In this document: in pieces, positions 1-10,800 of the stretch
Layout: each line of letters begins with the position of its first letter
Position numbering within the stretch: the first letter of the stretch is position 1
Origin: Tubiluchus corallicola
Taxonomy: Eukaryota > Animalia > Priapulida
DNA length: 64,000 nt
Assembly (NCBI GenBank): GCA_030141605.1
Contig: JAQGDQ010000003.1
Span: 2,728,001-2,792,000 of the forward strand
Reading direction: 5' to 3'
Made by a program: the position numbers and the translations under genes
The notes under the pieces: generated by a model
Databases searched by the model: none
The model's input: the letters and a program-made list of their open reading frames with translations, nothing else
What the model was told of the DNA's origin: nothing

Positions 1-2077
1 AGTTGCCAGCTCACTGACTTGTATTTAGTATATTTAGTTGATCGAGTAAAACCCAACGATCAAATTAAAAGTTATTTCAGCGGAATGAAACGAGAGCCGC
101 TAATAAGGAACGTAAATATATCGAATGGAAACATAATACTGGGTTATAGCTCGCTATTAGTAAATTAATCGTGCTCACAATGTAATAATAATGGGACTGA
201 CCGTGCTTTAGAGATTATATTTACTGCAAAGTTTTAGCTTTTTGGCATATTCTGCAATTAATGGTAGCAGCTGCACATCGAATACAAAAAAACGAGTGTA
301 ACAAGTGTAATTGTATTTTGGCATTTGGGACAGCGCTACAACCTCGGTTGCATCCTTGTTGAAACCGTATGATCAATTACACGACTGCTACACAAGTTGA
401 AACTTGTAATGGCAATTCTACTCGTTACAATGCCTGGCTTTTTATTAATCATGCATCTATACGATATGATACTCTAAGCCTATATAAACCTATATAGGGT
501 ACAAAATAAGCCTATATAAAATAGTTGTAGAATACTAATTGTACTTATAAGTGCATAGTTTTATGGATCAAGTTTATCGAGCTTAAAACATGATAAAGTT
601 TAATATCTAACATTATTTAGACACGTTTGAATTCTAAATTTATTTAAATATTATTAAGCCTTATTTAAGTCTGAAGCTCATTGTACGACATTTGGCCCTT
701 CACCCTATCTACAATTTTACTATATTTTACACTTTGTACGCAACAAAAGAAGCCAAAAAACTGAATAACTGTAAAATTTAGTTTGTATTTATGACAGAAA
801 TGATGTATTTTTAAGTCCAGGAATGATCTAGCAAAAGACTTTTCAACGCAAAACTCCTTTCACTTTTTAAGAGCATGTGGCATCAAAGAGGTCAGCAAAA
901 TGTCTGAAGATATCAACTGTTACGATCCTAGACTTCAACAAAATCCGTGAATCAGCAGTATGATGTCTAAAGCAAAATGAGTGGTTGAGTTAAAACAAAT
1001 ACTAGGTCGGCCAGTAAAAATTTTAACAGTTCTTCGATCAGTGAAGCAATGAGCTACGGTGCTTAGTCTTGAAACACGATCCCTGGATGATGTGCAAATA
1101 TTTCATTTGGATATTGACAATTTAGTACAGGTATTGTAAGAAACACAATATTATCACAGACAGCTGTATACATGCTGTAGGCAGGTAGACATGTCAACTA
1201 TTTATCAACTTATGTACACCTTGATAAGAAAGTCAATACACGACTCGATACTTTAATACTCCCAACTTAGTTGTAACGTTGCAGTTTGAGTGCAAACTAT
1301 TTATTTTATTCAGTGACCATTAAAAGTAATAAAACGTAATAACGACTTGACAGAGAAAAAGGGATACAGTCATTATATATAAAACTTGGTCGATAAAATG
1401 AGAATACTCAATTTAAAACATGATGTTTATGATGTTTTTCATTAATTGTTTTAACCTTCAAATATCCTAGAGCAAATCTTTGATGTAATACACGAAACTG
1501 TATAGTTCCGCTAATAACGGCCAGCTACTAGTTACAAGGTATACACAAACTGGTGATAATCTTGCGTCAGTTGGGAAAAACAATTCGATGGATGTTCACT
1601 ATTCATTTTAGGCCACAGTTTTTTCACCCCTTTGACATTTTTCTTTTCATTCTAGCCACGTGTCGGAGCACGTTTAAAGGTATACTGACATACCCGTTGA
1701 AATTCCAAGGAATATCAAACGTGTGTAACTTATTACACAAGTTACATACATTTACATCTATATTTATTACACAAGTTACACACATTTACAAATGTAATAA
1801 AGTACGTATAAAATTCTTGCATGTAATAGTCGAGAACTGTCGTTCGCAACAGCGTTTATACCAAGTATCTAAATAAATTGCTAAAGTGTAGACGTTAATT
1901 TGAAACAAGTGAATAAAGAGTTAAAAAGTACAAAGCGTAAAATTAAATGAAACACACAGTATCAACTCACACTGACACTGACAACAGTTGTAATATACGC
2001 GAACGCACAAAGCATTTACAGACTATATTAAATTACTATTAGTGTTTTTACAGGCCATAAATTTCCATCTTAGTTTT

Positions 2078-2164
2078 GTTTATACTGCTGGTAATATATA
2101 AACATGGTCATAAAAATGTATAAAAAATGTGTAGCTAAGTTTGTATATTACCAGCAATATAAAC
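2078..2164. repeat. 26-bp inverted repeat with 35-nt spacer
   Basis: GTTTATACTGCTGGTAATATATAAAC (2078-2103) versus GTTTGTATATTACCAGCAATATAAAC (2139-2164), two mismatches. Confidence 0.8.
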
Positions 2165-5100
2165 TAGAGAAAAAAGTTCTATATGAAAGCAGTTCAAGTG
2201 AAACGTTTCCTACTTAAAAAAGTTAACGTTAGCCCAGATGTAAAAGGTGGAAAATGTGTAGCGGGAAAATTACGAGAAACATGTATGCTTGTAACTATAA
2301 ATAGACAAAATGGAGTTCATCTATTATTTGTCCACTCCCAGCTAAGTAAAGGAGGTCGGACCCCAATTTCCGTGTTTTAATGTCCCAGATTTTAGTCTAG
2401 TTCGAGCAAGACTCTATAGCTGATAGTAGAAGGTTAGGTCCACAAGTGCCATAGGAGCTGGGATAAGATGCTGCTGAGAGTACTTTTTGACAATTTTCAG
2501 TACAGTAGTATAGATAGCTCTAGAATACTACCTCGAGACCTAAAACGCGACAACAGCTTTATAGAAGAGAAGATGTCACTCGCTCGCGCATTCATTGACT
2601 CACTCAGTCGCTCTCAGTCTGAGAACACTCAACTATACATGGATGTTTATTGAATCATCATTACAAAAAATCAGAATGCGCCAGCAACAACAACAAAAAA
2701 CTATATGTTGCAAAGGAGAGGGATAAGTAATTATTTGTTAATCAATTAAAAGTGATAGCTAATAGTGAATAATAGTTTGGTTTTTATTTAATGGACACCT
2801 ATATTATATTATATTTTATTCTGCACCTATATATATCAAAGTTAAACTTGCCTAGACACATCGACTGTTTTATTCATGTTTACATACTGAGAGTAGACAT
2901 TAAAAGATCTCAAGAAAAACCAGTTGTTGATTTTAACAACAAAATGCGCTATTGGGAGAAGGTTTAGATCGTCCATGAAGTGAACTTATTGAAGAATAAT
3001 TAGTATGCAGAAAGCTCAACAAGTTAAGCTACCTACTCAACAACTGCGACAATAAATAAACTTCGTTAGACAGTCTTGCCAAATAAAATGAATCCTATTA
3101 GTGTAACTCAGGAATCTTAATCACAGTTTTGATAAGGACGCGAACTAATAAAAGCGCTCACGACACCCCTGGGTAATATTTCGAGAAACTTGAAATGTGA
3201 TCTGACTTCTTACGGGTATGCATGTAGGCAGTCTCCTACGCCCGCATTACTACTTCATGGGCAGTCTAAGTCTAAATGTTGCAGTACTCAAAACCCACCT
3301 AAGTGTCCAACAGAAGCACGAACCACGATTTCGTTTACTTATATACAACACAAACAAACAGAATGGGCTGAGTAAAATTAGGTTAATGAGTGGCTGCATT
3401 TGGTACGACTCTTTACAAAAAGTTAAGAGTTGGCTAAAAAACAAATGCATGACATGTAGAGCCATTAATGCATGCATGGATAAGAACTCAGTCAAGAGCT
3501 TTAATAATACTGGAAAATTAGCTAACTTCTGTTTACATTGCAGTTCCAGCATTTTTTACGCGGCTCAGGCTTTTGTTTGAGTAGTACGCTTTAATAAGCG
3601 TGAGTGGTACAAAGTGCGAGCAGCAAGAGTGAAAAGAGAAAGTAAACAAGTGAAGTCTTGACATAAGTTCGAATGCTAAAAACAACATCTGAGGCGCATG
3701 CGCAGTTATAGAGTTCTATCAGGTCTCACAAGATTCAGTACACGAATTTCGAGATTTGTATGCCATGAGTTGTAGCACCGAGTTAATTTTGTCATCAAAA
3801 CAAAAGCTAAAAGAAAATTACGTGGAAACTTCAACGTTTCTTTTGTTTTGACGTTGTCAAAAACGACCGCATGCACAAGAACTTAGAAAACTTTCAATCC
3901 TGGCAGAAATAGCAAATACGTGTATATGTACACAGTACACACATTCTATATAGGTGAACAAATGCTGCAGAAAGGCCAGATAAAGAAAAGAACTCACTAT
4001 CAGTGAAAATGCATACAATATTCATGCAAATAATTAAGCCTACAAGCACGAAATAACCTAAAAGATAGGGAAAAATAAGTGGAAGTATTGATGAAAAATA
4101 TTTTTTAATGAGCCGACTTAGCCATTCTATATGTGTGATTTTGCGACACATGGCTAACATCATAGTTTATATTTAAAAAGTTACTGTTGAAGAGCAGGTT
4201 GACAGTATAATTATAGTTAATTAAATGATTTTTCGAAGAACATCGTGTCAATTGGAATAACGTCAATATTCTAAATGCAAATAATGCAATGCACCAGGCG
4301 ATGCGGGTTATCCGCGGTTGAGAAAATTTGCGACGTTAACTTTGTGAATAGCAAACCAGTTTTTCCTGCTCTTCTACAAACTTAATTTTATTATATGAAA
4401 CGCCAATGAAGTAGTTTTCCGCACTTAAAAGTTAATTTTCCAGGTTTTTATCTTGTAGTATAATTGGGTCATTGCGTTGAATGTACAAGAAATAGTTGCA
4501 CGCGTTTTTGTTTGTCCGTTTGTTTGTTTGCTGATGCATGAAGTAAGCGAGGCAAGTTTTATTAGCTTATTTTTTCGGCAATTCGAGCTCCGCTGGAACG
4601 ATCTTCTCTGACACAATTTCATAAATTTAGGCTTTTCTACTAGGCCGAAAATCGATGACATGGCCTGGCCTTTTCTGGATTTGAATGTAGTGAAAACGCA
4701 TACGCATAAAGGAGTTCTAATTCATCAAAAGTGTGAAACGAACCAAAAGATTCAGAAGCAAAAGGAAACTTTCCTTCGTCATGCAAACAAAGTTTATGCT
4801 AGAAGTGCTACACACTTACTTTGCAAAATGGCGTGTACTAAATCAATCTAAAGTCAGGCAAAATCATATATATATATATATATAAATACATGTAACGAGA
4901 TTTTTTTTCTCTACAATATCAGACTAGGCTAAACGCACACAAAAATCACCTATTATATTGCTTAGACTTAACTATGTGTATCGTATTAGTAAATTCCAAA
5001 ACATAACTGCAGAATTTTAAAAATAGCGCATGATTAATGACAGTCAAGTTATCAAGCGTTATCAAGCGTGAGTTTTACTGAACTTAGTATGGAGGAGTGG

Positions 5101-5741
5101 TGTTATCCAATAACAAGAGTTAATGTTTATACTGCGTGCTCAGGATGAAAATTATGATCACACAAACTAGACACATTATCCCGATAATAGTCATTGACTT
5201 AGCTGCTGTCTTAGCAAACACAAAGTTTTCGCTCTGTTTAAGTAGCTTAGGTTCCATTAAAACCTCGACCAGAAGACGAAGCGGTGATCAATTTGAGTGG
5301 ACTCATATTTGTCGTAGTGCCTGGCTGCCACACTGACAAACGCTTTCAAGACAGCCTTGGCTCTGAGCTATGTGTAGAGTCTATTTTTGGCATCTCTTAA
5401 TGCTTTTCCGTCAACCAATCATATGGTTGCATTCGCGGCAAGCCCACTTTACGTCGCATGTCTACGACAGTAGTCCCGCTTTACACTTGATGCAAAAATC
5501 ATCTTTTCAAAAAAACTGGTGTATGCAATACTTACATTTTACCATAAATTACAGTCATCATCACCTCATAAAAGAGGACTTAACTGGCACTTGCGGTTGC
5601 AAAAATGATAGTTTCTTAATTTAGTCAATAACCCTGCTACCGATGTAGTTTCTCCTGATGGGTGTTTAATCAGTGTGCGTCATGTACATGTATGATTTGT
5701 CACCAGTAATTTATTGTGCTGACTTGATTGAACATAAATAA

Positions 5742-5890
5742 ATAAATGAATATACAAATCAGTGAAAATTATCTGATCGCATGATCCACAATGAAAGTAA
5801 CACATATTAGATGACAATTATTGTTATCTAATATGTGTTACTTTCATTGTGGATCATGCGATCAGATAATTTTCACTGATTTGAATATTC

Positions 5891-5896
<6 letters not shown>
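5742..5896. repeat. 155-bp near-perfect palindrome (77-bp arms, 1-nt centre)
   Basis: ATAAATGAATATACAAATCAGTG...GATGACAAT-T-ATTGTTATC...CACTGATTTGAATATTCATTTAT, two mismatches, centre at 5819. Confidence 0.95.

Positions 5897-5924
<28 letters not shown>
5894..5924. repeat. (TA)n microsatellite
   Basis: About 15 TA units directly abutting the palindrome. Confidence 0.9.
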
Positions 5925-5928
<4 letters not shown>

Positions 5929-6236
5929 ACTCTCACTGCAGCTAGCTTCATTATTATTAATATTTAGGGAGTCCCTGCTATTTAATATACATATACTTTT
6001 GCATTTATAAAGTCCCAATGAGAACCCTTTGTAAAAGTATTGCTGACTTTGCTCTTCACTGTGGGCTACAAATGTAAACAAACTCAAAAGTCTATAATTA
6101 TATTGCTTTTAAAGTGAACAGAAAAGTCATAAAATTATTTTTATATCATTAATTGTTAAATTAAGCATGCTCTAATATTTTGTTCAGACTATTGTTTACA
6201 AGAAGTGGAAAATGTTTTCAGATTTTGCTTTCATAC

Positions 6237-6412
6237 CTGTGCGGATCGTAATGTGCATATTTTTGCCAATCTTCCTTGTTGCTCCTGTAGTTGGTCATCA
6301 CGGCCTGGACGTAGTCCACATCCACGTCATCTTTGTCAAATTCCTTCCGAAGAACCGCCCGCAGTTCATCCAACGAATGAGGTACTATTACGCTCGTTTT
6401 ATTAAAATTCAT
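6237..6412 (-). CDS. CDO1: Cysteine dioxygenase type 1, first coding exon (gene continues toward or beyond the window start)
   Basis: Translates MNFNKTSVIVPHSLDELRAVLRKEFDKDDVDVDYVQAVMTNYRSNKEDWQKYAHYDPH(R), matching the N-terminus of animal CDO (P.tL.eL...L...F..D.V.V..V...M..Y.S...eW..YA.fD..R). Ends in a phase-2 AG|GTATGA donor. No YTRNLVD exon found in 1-6236. Confidence 0.88.
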
Positions 6413-6624
6413 GGCCTGCGGAACGAAGGTTTTTTAGCTAATCAGTGCAGAGAAAGAGATGAACTGCCGGTCAGTGGTTCAAGTTTTTTCTCCTCGGCGT
6501 CCTCGCTTCCTGGTTGCTCTCAGACAACTTTTCACACGTTAAAGTTTCGCGCTACTAAGCAGCCTCACTACACTACGATCCTCCGCGTATTCTGGGCTAA
6601 GTTTTGTTTTGTCATCTGACTGAA

Positions 6625-6647
6625 TGACGTCAGTCACGTGACTTATC
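6625..6647. promoter_or_regulatory. Abutting CRE (TGACGTCA) + palindromic E-box (GTCACGTGAC) + GATA site upstream of CDO1
   Basis: TGACGTCA at 6625-6632, GTCACGTGAC at 6633-6642, CTTATC at 6642-6647; about 210 bp upstream of the CDO1 ATG in a locally CpG-richer region. Confidence 0.55.
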
Positions 6648-7176
6648 TTCAGTCGGCTATATTTATAGCTACCGTTGCTCTCTTACCCGCCCCGGTACGT
6701 TAGCTGCTAACTAGTTTTTATCTTTCAAATAGCAATTTGCTTCTTGATGGTTGGCAGAAAACAAGAAATTGAATTACGAAAGACCACAAAATAAAAAAAT
6801 ACAGTAGGCCTAAACCACATAAAAAAATCCACTCTGTGTGACAATAGAACTTTAATAAGCTTATTCTAATTTTTAAACACAGAAGTAATATAATCATAAC
6901 AACGCTGCACATGGCTGTCCAAAAACTATTGTGTTTTCTTAAATTTGAGCTCTGCTACATTATTTTCGTTACTGTAGAGAATTTATTTGACAGAATACAC
7001 ATACATTTATGCAAAAAAGAATTCTCCATTTGCAGAGCATTGTAATACAAATAGTTATTAAATCAGATAATCACTGCAACTTGATATTTCTTATACTGTT
7101 GAATGGGGTAGCTAAACGCTGATGTCCTATAATGTGAATGACAGGGAGCGAGAGCTTGAATAAGGAAATCCTAATA

Positions 7177-7327
7177 GGTCATTCCGTATCAGATTACCGA
7201 GTGGTCCACAGGTAGCCTTCTCAAATTTCCTTGAAAATATTATCAAAAATACCTTTAAAAATGACGTTTTAAGATATTAATAAGTCAGGCACTAGAAAGA
7301 ATTTAAGTGAGTTGACACGGAATGACC
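7177..7327. mobile_element. Small (~150 bp) MITE-like element
   Basis: Terminal inverted repeats GGTCATTCCGTATCAG / TTGACACGGAATGACC (14/16 match); no clear TSD. Confidence 0.5.
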
Positions 7328-7504
7328 CCGAGGTTTTTTGTTTAGATGCACAAATAATTTGTAAGATTTTATTTTTTGCTTCCAAGGAAAACTAATTAAT
7401 TATAAAGAACTAGCCATTGTATTTAATCATAGTGGCTTCCTTCATGAGCAATGACTTGTGAACTCGACCATGTGGGACAGAGAACTTAATTCTTACTTTG
7501 TCCT

Positions 7505-7660
7505 GCAGCAGCGACAACGACGACGAGAACGACAATGACAACGAGGACAACAACCTACAATGACAACATCAACACCAACAAAAACATCAACGGCAGTGAC
7601 AACAACAACACGCAGAAAAGTAAAATAATCAACATTACTAACAACAACTAATAACAAATA
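7505..7660. repeat. Degenerate (AAC/GAC)n trinucleotide repeat
   Basis: cagcagcgacaacgacgacgagaacgacaatgacaac...aacaacaac; low complexity with stops, not exonic. Confidence 0.75.
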
Positions 7661-7831
7661 CCACTAAGTGGCGCTACCGTGTAGCCGCCTAAAAAAATTC
7701 AGGTAAAGCCGTTCTATAGAGTACCTATAAAGGACTCTACCGCTCTACCGTTCAGAGCCTGTTAGCGCCGCGTAACGGCAGTTCACGCAATTATTTTATT
7801 TGCTGTCATAGGATCATTACTGTGAACAAAA

Positions 7832-7874
7832 ATGGCTGATCAGAAAGAAAATTTCGTCAATCCAGAAGAAAATG
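7832..7874 (+). CDS. MAP7: MAP7 exon 1
   Basis: AAAAATGG context; MADQKENFVNPEEN; G|GTAAGA phase-1 donor compatible with exon 2. Confidence 0.7.
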
Positions 7875-10800
7875 GTAAGAAAGGTATACGTGGTAGAATA
7901 TGTTATTGCTAATTTAACCATTTTGAACTAAGCTGTTACATTTTCACTCAAATATAAGATAGCCCAAAATAATACAAAATCAAGATAGGGGTAAACAGAA
8001 ATTTGTATCAGTCATTGTATGACATCGTACTTCGTAGGTAGGAGTTGTGAGGTTGTACTGTGTATTTCCCTGAAGCGCTCTACTGATGCATTTTAATGTG
8101 TTTGTGCAATTTCTTTGGCTTTTTCATTGTCTATCTGTTTTTGGAGATAAATATAAGTGAATTGCTGCCTTTAATATTAAATTTAAAGTAAGTTGTACAT
8201 TTTTTGCTGTATAGCGGCCTACTTGTCTAGTTTAGAGTAGACAGATAAATAGATGGACATTAAATTTTAGTTATCTTCATAATGCCCCTGTGCAACATAC
8301 ATGTAATACTGTGTCATTACAAAAGCTGGTACATTTTAGTGTCTCTGCACAAACTCAATCAATAGCAAACAAATGAAAAAAGTCCATGTAGAAGCAATCA
8401 TAATAAACTACTGCTATGAAGCCCATGTTTTTTATGTTTCAAAGTTGTTGTTTTTGCAGTATAGTACTTAGTGTTTTAGTAATTCATTGTGCAGCTGGTA
8501 TTATAGACTGACAATTTATTGTAAAAAAAAACTCTTGGCGTGGCAAACAGTGTTAAACACTTTGATGATATTCCTTAATTATTGTGCATTATGGACAAGG
8601 CGAAAGCTGGTGGTATCAGTGTGGCAAAATTGGTACTGTTACAGGGAGACAGCATAATAAGATTTGCTGTATATCATTTTTGAACTATTTCATGTAAGTA
8701 GACCTACTGCTATAGCTAACGTGAGTCTGTAACTGCTTGCATCTAAATATACTGAAATAACTGAGTCCTCTATGTCATTAAAACATTCTGACTGAGACAG
8801 TCCTGTGAGGCATTTTTCAAAAGAGACTTCATTCTTATGGAACAAATTTGAAAGCATTTTAGGAACTCTTGGTCAGAACTGCTTAGAGCCTAGAGGCCTA
8901 GGCCACTTTGTAACTTTGTAAGCTTTTGATGCTTTTGCACTCGTTAAGGATTTCTCTTGCCATTATTAGCGTATGCAAAGCTGTCTTAGTCAATGTGTAC
9001 TCTTGTACTGGGAAGTTCTTGCTATGTAATATTTCTGTAACTATCAATCTGTTTACTACAACCAATCATGTAATAGTATCATACATGTACTTGTCATTAC
9101 AGATCATTCAACCTGGCAGAATTTTGATTAGGCTGATTCATTTCTGTATTTGTTCAGATTATAAACTTAATCATTGTATTTGTGACAGCTGGTGACAGTG
9201 GTTGAAGTCTAGATACAGTTTGTTGTGATATTTTTAATTGCTAGAGTGCTATTGCATTTGATTAACTTTTAAGAAATGTGACTGAATCGGTTATTTACAG
9301 TAGTAATAGATCTTCAACTCATTATAGGTATGAAGCCCTTTCAGGAATTTCCAGGTCAATTTAGTGCTCTTGGCGAATCTTTGGCAGAATTCTTACCAGC
9401 CTTCAGTTTTCTTTAAAATCTTGATCTTACCAGCCAACAGTTGCATTGCCAGCAGTCTTCAGAATTAAGTGCTAAATAAAGTACTAAACAGCATAATTAA
9501 TGCCCATTTAATTGCAGCCAGTTTGCAATTAAATTGGCCCTACAATTCAAGCCACTTTGAGTATATTCACTGCATTTAGCTATGTTGATTGCTTAATAAT
9601 TATTAGGCATACTTTGGCATGTGCCTATCAGTGGTTATTGATTATTATATTGATTCCTTTAGAACACATACTTTTCAGCTGATACTTTCACAGGAAAATT
9701 ACCTGTAATTTGTGTAGTTGTGGCTGTTGCCCACTGCTAACAAAGTGTTCTGCTTGAGGTAGTAGCATGGTTGTTATAAGGTAAATTGTAAGCTGGCAAC
9801 ATAATTATAATTTGAACAAAAATGGACAAACAACATACTAGCTGCAGTGAGTTTTTTGGAGCTATTCTTTGGCACTTAAACCTTATGTTAACAAGATGGT
9901 GTGACTTGAGCTGTGGACTTGATGTCCTAGATTGAAATGGTATAGTTCTTATTTTGGAAAATTGTCACCAAGCAGTGTCAGATTAGTTTATGTAATAAAT
10001 AACAATCAGTCAGATGTTCCAGTCTGTGTCCTCTCCTGTCTGTGTTGTCGCATCTGGGACAATGTTGAAAATTGATATACAGATATTTACTAATTCAGCT
10101 GTAATAGGTAAGTATAATCTATATTCTATGTAAAAAGTGCTTAATTCCTTGTGTTTCATAGAGACAATGCAGTTTTGTGAAGTGCAAGAATGAGTCCATA
10201 AATGCAATTGCCCAATTTTTAAGTGAAGCTCAGTCTTTCACAAGTTTTTATATAATGTTTTCTTGCATTTTAAATATGTGATTTTTGGACAACTTTTGCT
10301 TTGGAAGTGTCACATTTAAATAGCTTACTTATGGAGATACTAACATTGTAAACACTTCACCATATAAAAATAACTTGATGCACATTTTAACTAGTATTTC
10401 ATAGAAACGAATATTCGGTTGATATGATAGATTCAAAGACTTTATGTACATTATTTTATAAATAAGCATGAATTTTGTTAAATTAATAATTCAACAAATT
10501 AGGCTTTTCTGTATGTAGTGTTTGAACACAGTGAACAAAGAGCATTAAGTCAAATAGTCGTAGGTTACAATTTATCCCATCTTTGTGAGAGGCACCTGTG
10601 GTCTGGATAGGGATTAGGTTGTCAAGCTTTGCACAGGTACATTACTGCTGGATTAGAAATTTTAATCAATAACCAGGTGTATACATGTAGATGCAGTTAG
10701 TAGTGTGGTGTAACTCTGGATGACTCATTAAATCCGTTCCTAGTTTTTACCATGAGATTAACTGTTTTGCATTTTTATTGAAGCTGGCTTTATTTTTACT

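Noticed and set aside
3694-3703. Perfect NRF1-type site GCGCATGCGC
   Set aside because: Isolated, deep in an intron and in repeat-like sequence; no supporting promoter evidence.
1553-5624. Short track ORFs in CDO1 intron 1 and similar 60-130 aa ORFs throughout the introns
   Set aside because: AT-rich codon noise, often with non-ATG starts, no recognisable motifs and no coherent splice sites.
1-6236. Downstream CDO1 exons (YTRNLVD..., HDH motif)
   Set aside because: Scanned the minus strand by eye for a phase-2 acceptor followed by YTR and found none; they probably lie outside the window.
6212-6619. 135-aa plus-strand ORF
   Set aside because: Antisense shadow of CDO1 exon 1 and its 5' region.
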